From Vicugna vicugna (taxonomy: Eukaryota): a DNA stretch of 64,000 bases. Both the position numbers and the translations under genes were made by a program. The DNA lies in NCBI GenBank assembly GCA_013265495.1, contig MU058540.1, forward strand, positions 2,009,696 to 2,073,695, written 5' to 3'. The notes beneath the pieces are model-generated. The model searched no databases and was not told where the DNA came from. It saw only the letters and a program-made list of their open reading frames with translations. Positions 38,570-50,839 of the stretch are shown piece after piece (within the stretch, counting starts at the first letter, position 1; every line of letters starts with the position of its first letter).

Positions 38570-39700
38570 TCATTAAATACAGAAAGTAAAGATCCCAAGG
38601 GGACTTGGGAAGCGGGGGGGGGGCTTCTGAGAAGTTCATTTTAAAGTTCAATGGAAGAAGTAAATGCCTAAGAATGGCTGAGAAATTTCTGGAGAAAAAG
38701 ATATACTATTAAACTACTGAAATTAAAAGTTTGGTTAGTAGTCCATGGACAATTGGGTCCGTGGAACAAAACAGCATTCAGAAATAGATTCATGTGTATG
38801 TGTGCAAAAAGATTTAATAATCACAAAGATGGTAATGTAAATCATATAGAGAAAGTATTAACTTTGGAATAAATGGGGCTGAGGCAGTGACTATCCATGT
38901 AGAAAATTAGTTGAATTCTTACCTTATGTCATAAACGCAAAAATAAATTCTAGACCAACTATATTTACATGTCAAAAAAACTCCCATAAAATTGTAATAG
39001 GGTTTTTTTTTTTTACGCAAACCTTGATGGAGTAGGTTTTGTAAGTATCGAACAGGGTTATTTTTTATACTGTCAGGGTGAGGAAGACCTTTCTATCTAG
39101 AAAGAAATAGATTTTATTAGGTAAATATTAAAACTTTCTTTTCAGAAAAAGCTACCATCATCAAAGACAAGTGAGAACAGAGTACCTACTGTCAGACAAA
39201 AAGTTAATGTGCAGACTACCTCAATCAATAGAACACAATAATTTGGTTGAAGGATATGAACAGGCAATTCAAAGATGAAATACAAATGGCTAATAAGTAA
39301 TGAAAAGATGTGCAACTTCATTAGTAACCAAGAAATAAAAATAAGAATTTTTTGTTGCTAACAATATTGAGAATGAAAACCAATGACAATATTCAATAAT
39401 GTATAAAGTATTAAAATGTAAATATATTAAAATAACATCTTTGACCCAATATTTACACTTCTAGGAATCTATCCTATAGAAACAATCCCACACATATTCA
39501 AAGAGACACTATATATATAATCTGTAATATCAAAACCTGGAAATCTACCAAAAGGGATTGGTTAAATAAACTATGATAGATCCATACAATGGATACTATA
39601 TTGACTTTAAAAAAAATGAAATGGTAATATGGGGAAAGATGTCCTTATTTTATAAATCTATACATTCTCATTAAAAAAATTCATACATGTTACTCTTATA
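38570..39700 (+). mobile_element. Old L1 (L1ME-like) ORF2/3' relic in intron 9
   Basis: atatgaacaggcaattca...aatggctaataag...gaaaagatgtgcaacttcattag pattern. Confidence 0.6.
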
Positions 39701-39721
39701 TGGAAAAAACAAAAGGAATAT

Positions 39722-39867
39722 TTTTTTAATGATTTTTTTTCTTTTTTTTATGAGGGGGAGGTAATTGGGTTTATTTATTTATATTTGGAGGAGGTACTGG
39801 GGATTGAACCCAGGACCTTGTGCATGCTAAGCATGCACTATGCTGCTTGAGCTATACCCTCCCTCCC
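39722..39867 (-). mobile_element. tRNA-derived SINE (Vic-1-like), intron 9
   Basis: Perfect TSD caaaaggaatat at 39710-39721 and 39868-39879. Confidence 0.9.
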
Positions 39868-40096
39868 CAAAAGGAATATATAGGAAACGAATGACTGCAG
39901 TCTTGGGAGAGGGTCAATGGGAATTTTATAAATAGGCTCACTTTCTTGCATGTTTCTGTAATGTCAAATTTGAACAAGAACAAAGTTAAAATGTAATTAA
40001 TAATAACACTGTCTTCTCAGGCAAAATTTAGCATAACATGATAGGGAACACTGATCCACAAAACTTGAAGTCTTAAAACTCAAAAATAATCTTACA

Positions 40097-40210
40097 GCGG
40101 GGAGGGAATAGCTCAGTGTTAGAGTGCGTGTTAGCATGCACAAGGTCCTGGGTTCAATCTCCAGTACTTTTGTTAAAATAAATCTAATTACTTACCCCCT
40201 CCAAAAAAAA
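40097..40210 (+). mobile_element. tRNA-derived SINE (Vic-1-like), intron 9
   Basis: TSD aatcttaca at 40088-40096 and 40211-40219. Confidence 0.9.
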
Positions 40211-40544
40211 AATCTTACAAAGAATGTATGAAATAATTGGTTTTTTTTCTTATCCCTTTGTCTGTCTTTAAGATATATCCAATTATTAGCTTTTATCCAT
40301 AAGAAAACATACACTGTTCACTCAGTCCAAGTCTCTGACATAACAGCATTAGCTAGTAAATAAAATAACACAGTCATACATCACTACTGTCACTGGCCTC
40401 TGGTACTTAGGTGCTCCGTAACAGCGTTAACAGTGCACATGTAATAAGGGAGAGGGCTGCTGGTGCTCTGTGGCTCTTTCAAATTATGTGTTTTCTGAGT
40501 GAATAAATAAAATGTGTTTTTCTGAGTGATAAAAAGTGACTTGC

Positions 40545-40650
40545 CAAGGTCCTGGGTTCAATCCCCAGTACCTCCATTAAATAAGTAAAAAAAAAACCTA
40601 ACTACCTCCCCCATTTCAAAAAGGAAAAAAAAAAAAAACTACTTGAGAAA
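40545..40650 (+). mobile_element. 5'-truncated SINE (Vic-1-like), intron 9
   Basis: Starts at caaggtcctgggttcaatcccc; tgacttgc repeated on both sides. Confidence 0.8.
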
Positions 40651-41020
40651 AATGACTTGCATATTCCTGTAGGAGCAGTCACAGTCTGTTCTTATTAAAT
40701 TGAATCTGAAGAGTTCTATGTCTAATCTGATACCAAATGTCACAGACTTAAGGTCATGGACAAAACCTGCTTAATTTTATCTAAATCTTTGTTCATAATG
40801 TATTTTTATAAATAGTCTAAGCATCAGGAAATTATGACTATAATAAAAAATGCTTCTGCACTTCTCAATTCATCCTGAGAAACAAATAACCCCAAACAAA
40901 CAAAACTAAGCAATGTGGAAAACCCAGCCCCTGGATGAAAGGCAGCAGAGGAAGACTAAGTATGAGGAAGGAGAAAAAGATCTGGAGGAGCTTAAGTCAT
41001 CTCACAGGCAGATACTTCAC

Positions 41021-41206
41021 CTTGTCACAGCACTCGACGGCTTTGGTGTACTCTCTGAGCTTCAGGTAGCACATGGCCAGGTTCAGGAAGGCAGCGAGCA
41101 GAAACGATTCAGAGGCTTTAGATTCCTTCTCCGATAAGCCATATTCCATCTCTAACCAGGACACTATCTTCCCATACTGAATCACCGCCTGCATGTACTT
41201 GCCTCC
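41021..41206 (-). CDS. FKBP5: FKBP5 coding exon 9 (TPR region, ~aa 281-342)
   Basis: [62 protein letters not shown]; acceptor ttttctctcag|, donor AAG|gtgaag; 186 nt. Confidence 0.97.
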
Positions 41207-41679
41207 CTGAGAGAAAAGCTAGTGATTACTTGCTGGACAGGCTCTGGGGGTTGGAGTGGGAGGGGTACAAAAGTAGTGCAAGCTCAGCCCCCCCCCAAAG
41301 CCAAATCTGCAAAAGGAACCCCCCCATTCTAACCAAGCCATTTGATCATTTCTTCCTGTTTCCAGGAGGTGGCTATCCAGGCACGTTTCCCAAGTCCCCA
41401 CGACCCCGGAGCTGGTTTAGGACCAGGCACTGTAACGCTGGTCTCCAGCGTCCACCATCTCACCCTATCCAGGGGGCATTTCTCTCAGCAGGTGGGTATC
41501 AAGGCTTCTGGGTTAGTCTTCGGTGCTAATATTTATCACTTTCAAAAGGCTGGTGAGTAGTTGTAGACTGTGTCACTAGTTTACTTTTCCCTCTTCTCCT
41601 GACCATTAGCTCGGCACGATAGGTAACTATATTCTGATTAAGTGCCAGTCCCCAGTCCAGCAAATCTTAAGTTATCTAA

Positions 41680-41870
41680 GGGCTGGCAACCTTCTATGAA
41701 GGTGCAGATAGTAAATATTTCAGGCTTTGCAGGCCAGTCTCTGTTGCAACTCTGTCCTTGGTGGTACAGAAGCAGCTCCAGACAATATATAAATAAATGG
41801 GTGTGGCTGCGTCCCAGTAGAACCTTACTGTCTACAAAAACAGACTGTGGTCTGCTGACCTCTCATCTAT
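41680..41870. mobile_element. MER58A-like hAT element
   Basis: cagatagtaaatatttcaggctttgcaggcca...aatgggtgtggctgcgtccca. Confidence 0.7.
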
Positions 41871-42501
41871 AGACCATGGGAAGACAGAGTTGAAGAGCAG
41901 CAGTGTAACATAAATAACTAAAACATGAATCATGTAAGTGTCACAGCTAACTACACGAGAAAAACCTTTCTCTTAGTTGTATTTTTGCTCTTACCTGATT
42001 AGAATTCTAACAACTGTATAATTAATTGACATGAATTATATATATGGGCTACACAGGAAATACCAGGGCTGAGACAATGTTTATTGCCATTTTAGGATGA
42101 ATGAAAGGAGTAAGAGCAGGTAAGACGGAGTACAGGGGAGGGATCTCTTCTACAGGAGGTGACTATAAGCTTCAAAACATGACACATCCCGCCAGATCAT
42201 AGAATTGCAGCCACACCTCATGGGCATTAAACCGAATGTCTGACCGACAAACAGGGTTAAGATCATGTCACTAGGATTTACCAGTCAAAGTGCGTACACT
42301 TCTCAGTCTCCCCACGCACACTGCAGGCCTCACCCAGTGAGTAAGAGGAAGATCACAGAGCAGGTCTATGAGAATGTTCCAGTTTTACAGGACTTTAAGT
42401 GGTTGGCATAAAAATGTGTTCCACCCGGAGAAAGGAAGCCCCAACACTGATTTTTGGTGATTAGGACGGGGTAGACCAGTTCCAGGTAGAGGGCCCAGGT
42501 A

Positions 42502-42922
42502 CAGATCTTCCTCAAGTTACAAGGGGTCACCTCCCAATAAACCCACAGCAAGTCAAAAATGCACCTGATACACTTGATCTACTGAACAGCCAGGCCTACT
42601 TTAAAGGTGCTCAGAACACTTACCTTAGCCTACAGTTGGGCAAAATCATCTAACATGAAGCCTATTTGATAACAAAGTGTTTAATGTCCCACATAGTTTA
42701 TTGAATACTATCCTGACAGAAGCAGAATGGCTATACCAGTGGTTTGCCCTTCTGACCGTGGGGCTGATGGGAACTGCGGGAGGGGGTCGTACTGTGTTAT
42801 CGCTAGCTGGGGAAACTCAAAAACCCCCAATTCCAAGCATGGTTTCTACTGAATGTGGAGAGCTTTTGCATCACTGAAAAGTGGAAAGATTGTAAGTTGA
42901 ATCATTGTAAGTCAGGGCTGTC
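42502..42922. mobile_element. MER47/Tigger5-like TcMar element
   Basis: gtgctcagaacacttaccttagcctacagttgggcaaaatcatctaaca; TA-flanked ends. Confidence 0.65.
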
Positions 42923-43569
42923 TACACTTGGGTTTTGCCGCAGCCTTAGGCCCATCACTCAAGAATAGGGTCCTCACCAGCGCCAGGGTTGGCATTTTCT
43001 GTCACCATCTTTTCTCCTGCTGGAGTGTGAGCTCATTGAGGACCGGAAGCATATCCTATCCCTTTTGGAATATCGAGGGTTTAGCACAAGGAGGCCCTTA
43101 ATGAAGATCTGCTGAGTAAAATAGTAAGGTCAAAGGAATATAACTGTGGAATCAAAAGTTTTTCAGTCATTGGGAGCAAAATGGAGATATGGGTGGAAAT
43201 GAAAAGTGTCATTTCATTTAGGCTAGGTGAGAAGGACAGGCACCTTCCCTGTTTGTCTAGCTGCTTCTTCCCTTCTCTCCTCCTCCTCCATCTTTATCAA
43301 GTATACTGTCCTAGGGAAAGAAAAGAAAAGAGCCAGGGAGGAGAAAAACCCAGCTCCTACCACTTCAGTTGGTTCTGACTTTCAGAATAGTAGAAGGCTA
43401 TGGTTTCTCAAAACAACAACAAACCAGAATAGACTTCATAATATACATAAATGTTCCTTCACACGCATCAAGCACTTTAATTTCTTAAAAGCAATTTCAT
43501 ATATAGCATATATAATTTGACTTCTATCTCAACTTCTAATGAGCAAAGGTCTTTGTAGTACATCTAAAG

Positions 43570-43775
43570 AGTTCTCCACTAGGGTGCTTTTGCCCCAGGG
43601 GACACTTGGCCATGTTTAGAGATGTGCTTCAGTTGTCACAAGTGGAGGGCATGCACCTAGTGGGCAGGGGCCAGGGACGCTGCTAGACGTCCTGTAATGC
43701 ACAGGACAGCTTCCCGCCAGAACAGATCTACACAGCCCCAAATATCAACTGTGCTGAGGTTGAGAAATCTTGTTC
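43570..43775 (+). mobile_element. MER20 (hAT-Charlie)
   Basis: ctagtgggcaggggccagggacgctgcta...aatgcacaggacagc...gtgctgaggttgagaaa. Confidence 0.8.
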
Positions 43776-46700
43776 TAAAACAATGAAGAAAGAGAAAGAG
43801 AGGCAGGTTTTGAGTTTTTTTTTTTTAACCTAAAAACCTAGAGTCAAAGATGACTTGTTTCTAATCAATAACACTGGTTTCTTGGTTCAGCAAGGGTGGT
43901 CAAAATATATCAAAGCCTGGTTTGTCTGCAAAGGGTTCCATGGTTGAAGGATGATCCTTAACTAGCTTGCTTTAGAAATGCTTTTTTTCTGCCAAGGAGC
44001 ACAAGAGGGCGCAAGAACCCTGTATCACTGCAGTGTCCGCAGCTGCCTTACCTCTGCCTCCGAGTCAGAAAAGTAGGTAACGCTGTTGTCCTGCACATGC
44101 TGTCAGTTATGAGGGCAAAAATCATGTCTATTTAACTGACTTGCACAATGCCTGGCATAACATCACGGTGTTAAATGTGCTAAATAATTATTTTCAGAGC
44201 CAAATGAAGAGAGTCCTCTCCTACCTTTCTTCTCTTTAGTGTTCGGAGGTTGATTGATAGTTTACAGTCTGAACACCAAAATCATTCCCAGTGAAAAGCT
44301 TATTACAATTCTACCCTACTAAGGGGAGAGATTTACCCATTTAGAGGTAAACCAAAGCAACAGGTCAATGAAAATAGAGCTCCATTTCATCGTACGAATG
44401 GGATGAAATACAAACCTACACTTCACACCATCTCTGCTCTCCCCTACACATCTGGCCCCTGTGCATATGCACAACGCACGTGCCAAGTCAAACACCCTGG
44501 AAGGATGAGGCCCTGAAAGGCAGTGTGGCAGATTGAAACTTGCCCTGAAATTTGTAAAGGGAAGGTGTGCAGGAACTTACTTACCACCCATTTTTAAAGT
44601 CTTATGGCTAAAACTAGGATCACTGCTGGGATCTTTTACCTATAATTATGAAGGTGCCTCCAGGGATGTTTTGAGTAGTACAAAATGTTCAGAGACATTC
44701 TGGGAGAAAAGTCTTAGGTCAGCGGTTTTGAACCTTTCATTAATTTTCCAATAGACTACTGTTTTGAAAGATTTTTGTCTACCAAATTGCATGTTAAAAA
44801 TATGTTCCATATGTGTGACTGCTGATCCAGATTTTATCCAAAGATCAGTAATTTTAAGAGGGTTCATAATATTATGAAATACACAAATCACTATTGCATC
44901 TAGTGTGATGCTAAGAAGCAGCACAGTCAAGTAATTGTGTAGATACTTGAGCACTGCTTTCTGCTGCTGATCAAATTCTGGCCATCTCTCTGTATATATT
45001 GTGGGTACAGCTATATGACACGTGGCTCTGCAGCATTCATTATCAATACTGTTCCCCAAAGTTCTGAGTCATCAGCAGCAACCAATTAGAGCTTCTGAAT
45101 AGCTAAGCTGTTTATTACACTGAGTTGATATAATTCTAGTCAAATGCCAAAAGCCTCACCTCCCCCCATGTTAATATTCTATTTAGAAGTTTTGGGGAAT
45201 ATAAAAAATACACCTGAAGACTTTTATGGACTCGCAAGTAGGTAGGAAACACAGTTTAAGACCTATGGTCTTAAGTACAGAAAAATTTTTTATTCTTAGT
45301 GTATTATGTATTTGAGTCTTTGGATCTTATCTGAATAGTTAAAGTAGTAGCCAGTACCTCAATTAGAAATTAAGAAAAATCAAACTTGTTCTTAAGAACT
45401 TAGAAATGCATAGAAGTTTAGGGTTGGAAAGAAAACTTGGGGATCATCTAATGTAATTCCCTCACTTTTCACATGAAAAAATAACTTCTTTGGACCTTAA
45501 ATGACTTTAAATCATTTGGAGCCACAAAGCCCAGTTGTCCCAATACAGAGCTCATTCCACCATATCCCAGTGCTTTCTGGTGACCTATATGTTATTTTAG
45601 TACATATAGTAAACATTTATAAATAATTATATATTATCTACACCCAGAATAAGAAATGTTTTCAATCATGATCCACTACCCACTCACACACAACGGAACA
45701 AGTTTTATGAAACAAAATTTATCCTTACTACATAATGCAATACACTTCCACTAAATTGATTTCATGACCCAATAATGGGGCTCCTCTCAGTTTAGAAAAC
45801 AATGACCATACATGTGGCCCTCTGGCTGTGTAATTCTGTGTTGGTGACAGTCTTATGTAATTCTCTCGCTGTTTTCTGTGGGTTAACACTGCCTCCTCTC
45901 CCTCTAGACAAGCATGTTACCCCAAGGACGGGTCTTATAGAAGCTTCTCCATAAAGACGTGCTGACGTACACTGATGCATCCGCTTTAGACTATTAAAAA
46001 CATCATCTAATTTTTCTCTTGTTCATGGATTGCAGTCGCAAGTTAAAAAAAGAAACCTTGACAAAACTCCCATTCTTTGTCTCACACTCTTCTGCGCTAA
46101 GCCCTTTCTGCTCGATAGAGAAAAGTTACATATTTGGGGTTGGGGAAGCAATGGCTGGAGCGTTCTGATTAGAATCAAAGTTTTGTTCTCTTTTTTTCTT
46201 TATTTGAGGGTTTAAAATCTAAGTGAGGAGATAAATTCCTAGATTGTAAGAAAGGGTTTGCAATAATCAAGAAATGACAAGTATCGTTCAGGAATTTCTG
46301 AGGATTCCTCACAAAATCAAGTGTGGGAGGGATCATCTTGGCCATTAGAAGAAATTTACACACTCCTCCTGTCAGTTCCTTTTAAAGTCTGTGCGTGATC
46401 TCTCTTTTTATCCCCAAGACAGTGGAAAAGAAAATGATGTGAAACTTACCCCTTTGAGTACTATTACTTGCTAACAATTATTCTATTCATTCTTTGTTTT
46501 GTTCCACAAACACATGTTGAGTGCCCACCATGTACCAAGCGAGCTGCTCTAGGCCTTGAGTGACACAGTGGTGGGTGGGCGAGCAGACCTGGTCTGCCTT
46601 GGTGAGGGTTACAATCTAGAGCAGAATGTGTAAAAGAGGCATTTGTATTCTTTTTGTCACATTAATTCATTCTGTCTCACCATTTCTTATACTAAAAATG

Positions 46701-46836
46701 ACAGACCTGTAAAAATTCAGGCTAATGCTTATCCACAATGGTATTCATAGAATTCAGAACAAGGTATATCAGCACAATTCACTGATACTTGACTAAATTC
46801 TTTGAGATGGAAAGGACTGTACAAAGACTCACACAC

Positions 46837-46920
46837 CTTGAAGTACACTGTTCCCTTCTCTTTGACAATGGCAGCCTGTTCCAATTTTTCTTTGGTATCC
46901 ATTTCCCAGGATTCTTTGGC
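46837..46920 (-). CDS. FKBP5: FKBP5 coding exon 8 (linker/TPR1 start, ~aa 253-280)
   Basis: [28 protein letters not shown]; acceptor tatacaacag|, donor AAG|gtgtgt; 84 nt. Confidence 0.97.
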
Positions 46921-48818
46921 CTGTTGTATAAATTTGTGACAATGGTTAGATGAACAGAGATGGAAAATGCACCAGCTGATGCCCATAAGAACAAACAATA
47001 GCTCCTCCTAAAGGCAACCCATACTTCAGAAGCCCCTGGCTTTTAACACTGTCTGCCCTTGCCAGGGCACCAGGCTAGAACTCACTTTCCATGATGACAG
47101 TGTGCTTGACCCGTGCTGCTCAGCAGGGAGGAGTGGGCACAAACACTGAGGAACAAGAACTGTTGAGCACTGTTACAGGGAATCTCCAGAATTATGAGGT
47201 GAGGCCACACAGGGAGAGCCAGGGTCCCTTATTTCCCTCCTGCAGACTTCTCCACTAAGCTGCTATTATAATTTAGGCAAGCTGTTTCTCTCAAGCCTGT
47301 TTTTCAACTCTAAAATGGGAATACTCTTACAGTCAAGTCACAGTTGTATATTCATAAACAATTAAAAAATTCCAGAACAGGCAGCTGTTTCTCCACTGTA
47401 AAACAACCATATATATTAAAACCTCCAAGCTGCAACAACCTGCAGATGTATACTTGGGGAAGCTCAAGCAAAACATAACTGGGAGGGTGAAGGTGATGCA
47501 AGGACAAACAAATGATTTCACGATAGTCTGCTAATTTGTATTATGTGTATCATTTCTCCCCACCATTACAGACATCCATCAGGGACACCTGCACTTTCAA
47601 TATGAGTGTCTGGATCAGTCAATACAACACTGTGGGTTCCTTTAGGGAAGGTGACAATGGCTGTGTCTGTGCTATTTACTGCAGAAGAATTAGGAAGCTT
47701 AACTGTGTAACTGTAAAATTCTCTACTCAAAGGATAATTAGTGGTATATTCTTGGCGTCATACCAGTGCTCCCCGCCTTAAAAGAAGATAATGAGTTATA
47801 GTCTTTTGGACAATACTATGTTGATTCCTAACAATTTAGCTCTATTATTTAAAAATCTACTTAGTAAGGGCCCTCTGCATTTTTTATATTGTGTTTAGGC
47901 TCTATGGAGTGTAAATCTATTATTACAAGGCAGAGAACTAAATCATGTTGCCTCCAACAACAACACACACCTTCACAAAGCTTCAAATACACCAAGCAGT
48001 GCTGCCCATGGGGGCCGTGACTAGGCGCAGGTGCACTGTGGGTCCCAGTGAGAAGGCTTCTGAGTGTGCAAGGTCCGTTGGGCTGTGGTGAGGGGTTACT
48101 TTATTAAAATGGAAATAGGAAAGCCAGAGGTCTAAATGACCATATGCTAAGGGTTATTTTCTCTCTTTAAAAATAAAAACCACTTTGTGCTATGAAGGCA
48201 GCTTTGGAGGATCAGTGCTGAGCTAGCGAGCCTTCAGATGACATTACCCGACAACAAGCGATGGTCGTGACAAATGCATGTTTGTTTTGAGGAACATGTT
48301 ATTATTAGGAACATGACCATTAGGGGACGATCACAAAGCAGTCCTCCCCTGACCTTCTTAGCCCAAAGTGAGAGGCCTACAGGACCGTGATTTCCTCTCT
48401 GAGTCTAATAAAAGAAATAGTCACGTTTCCAGTCCAAAGCTTAAAGTACAGAACGTGAAGCTGGCACTGTGGGGATAAAAAAGATACACTAAACGCAGCT
48501 CTCGAGGCCCCTGGGGGAGGAGGGGCTGGACATGACAGCAGACCTGAACAGGCATGTGCTCTGTGCCTGCCCAGTGCAGCCGCTGCTGGGAGCCCCCGAA
48601 TGGGTCTGAGATGGAACTGTGCTCAAAGAGGTGTGCCACTTCTGGACCCCGAGGCAAATGTTCTTTTTTCTACTTGGGCAGGTATGAAAAGAGAAGGCCT
48701 CAGGTTAACAGGTTTATTCCTTGTGTCCCTTGTCACAGAGCCTGGTGGCCTACAGAGCCCTGCATTTTGGATAATAACTTGCAGCCCCAGTGAAGGCCTC
48801 TTCACGACTCCCGTGAAG

Positions 48819-48833
48819 GGTACGATCCGTTCA
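48819..48833. promoter_or_regulatory. Intron-7 GRE-like element
   Basis: GGTACG atc CGTTCA within a unique block resembling the recalled human intron-7 enhancer. Confidence 0.6.
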
Positions 48834-49245
48834 GCCCTGGAAACTGCACCCCACTCCCCCAAGGAGCTGCTTGGCAGAACGTGAACCTTTTTGTCTTCAA
48901 CCCAGGAAAAAAGTACAAAAAGAACAAGTCTAAGAACAAATAAGGGAACAAGTCTTGGATTCTACCCAAAAAGTTAAAAAAAAAAAAAAAAACGCTGACA
49001 CATAGGAACAAAACAAGAACACTGAGCTCCCTGGGTGTGTATCAGCTGTGCTGTATCAGCTGTCCTGTACTCCAGCGGTAGCAACCTCAACAGGAGACAC
49101 TTGGTCATGAAAAGCGTAACACACAACACACACACACACACAAATACCATCTATGTACACCACCTGGTACTATCAGATGCCAACTTATAGGAAATGGATG
49201 GAAAAGAAATCTGCCATGATTTCAGAGAAGTTGGTATTTTCTCAC

Positions 49246-49336
49246 CTTTTCGAAGCTCTTAAGTGTAACTTCATATATAAGTTCAGCATTAGGTTCAATG
49301 CCAAATTTAGGCTTCCCTGCCTCTCCAAAACCATAT
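49246..49336 (-). CDS. FKBP5: FKBP5 coding exon 7 (end of FK2, ~aa 222-252)
   Basis: [30 protein letters not shown]; acceptor ctccatttcag|, donor AAG|gtgaga; 91 nt; phase fits exon 6 (CG+A = Arg). Confidence 0.97.
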
Positions 49337-50839
49337 CTGAAATGGAGAGTAAAAAAATAAAACTTTAAAGAATTGGTGTATTTCCACGCACCTCCTTGGG
49401 TATCTTGAGGCATCACATTAGCACAGAGCTATCATTTGCAAACTACACACATCCGAGACCCTGAAGACAAAGCAGACGTTGATCAGAAGAGAGGGTGCCA
49501 GACAACACTGCTATGACGTTTTAAGAAACCAAGCTTGATTGAGTTTTCTTCTTCACATTGATACGTAATGTAACACCTGTTTGCTTAATGTGATTTTAAA
49601 TGTCACTGCCTTTCTCTGCTTGATTTTATATCTAGTTCTTTTTATAGAAAAGCCATTATTTATTAGGAATCTTCCTGATGCTTTATCAGAAAGACAGAAG
49701 ACAACCACTGTAATTGTTACAGTGCTGTTTGGTAGAGGTATGTTTTTAAAGTGAGAAGTGCTCTTCCTTTCCAAAAGCACCACTTCCAGTCAGATAAACT
49801 GAGAGAAAGGTTCACACCTCAGAAAGGAAATACACTCTCACAGTATGTCTTCAAGACTGTTAGAAAGCACACTAGAAAACAGCAATGATATAACAAATAT
49901 ATAATCAAAAAGAAGAGTCCCAGTAAGCTCTAACACTTCATCAAGAGAAATACTGCATTGTGTTCTCACAGCTCTCTGGCTGTAAAACTAAAACACTACA
50001 CCTTTTAGCCAAAACTGACTGAATAAAATAACTGGGAATATATACGTAAATCTGTTTTTTCGAACCATTTAAGATTTTTAACAAATCCAAGGTATTCGAG
50101 AGAGCACACGTCCACTGGAATGGAAATTCTGGTGGAGCCTCCGCCTGTCTGGGTTAGTGGTTTTCCAGATGCAGAACAATGCACAAAATATTAGGAAAAT
50201 ATTCACTGGAACATATCCTGCTCCTGTGTGTTTTAAGCCACACTACTCTTTGACTTATAGAATAGTATTGCAAAAAACTTAGTAAACCCAAACTTTCAGG
50301 CTATGAGCTGAAAAGGTACCAAAACCAGGTTGATATGAATACTTCATACCTTCAGTTTTCTCCAGGGCAAAAGGCCTAGAGTGGAACATTCATCTCTTGC
50401 CACTTGCACCTCTTCTTTACCCCTTGCCTGAATTTTTCAGGAAGAAAATGCTTACTCACTTACCTCCATTGTTACACAAGAACATGGAAGCTGGAGCCAG
50501 AGAGAGGCGTAAAGATACAGTGAGAGCTGGTAGGAACGGGGTGGGGTGGTTTTAATAGCAGGGCAAAGGGTATCTTCAGCAAAGAAATACAAGAGGACAT
50601 AATTACCAGTGGCCAGTTGTAGGAAGTGGTGACTAGTTTTCTACTTTGGGCTCTTAGACCAATATATCTCCTATTTTGTTTCTGCCATCTGGTAAATAAA
50701 GAACATTCCTCAACTGCTGGGAATCAGGTAGGCAGGTGAGTCCTTACTGAGCATGTGTTTACTGACAGCATGTTAAATTTGGAGCCCTGTGCTGACAGGT
50801 ACCAACCCAACAGATGATCTGGCACTTGCCTTAGTCCAC

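Noticed and set aside
2490..40650. tRNA-like A/B-box sequences
   Set aside because: All have SINE tails and mostly TSDs, and I saw no full tRNA cloverleaf; SINEs rather than tRNA genes
43577..43590. CTCF-like ccactagggtgc
   Set aside because: Mismatch in the G-rich core; cannot be supported without a PWM scan or ChIP data
46729..46836. In-frame read-through of exon 8 (VCESLYSPF...HCG*)
   Set aside because: Open frame only; no known isoform recalled, and 35 open codons is unremarkable
46921..46950. Possible U12-type intron 7 because of the pyrimidine-poor acceptor
   Set aside because: Donor is GTGAGA (U2 type) and no TCCTTAAC branch box is present
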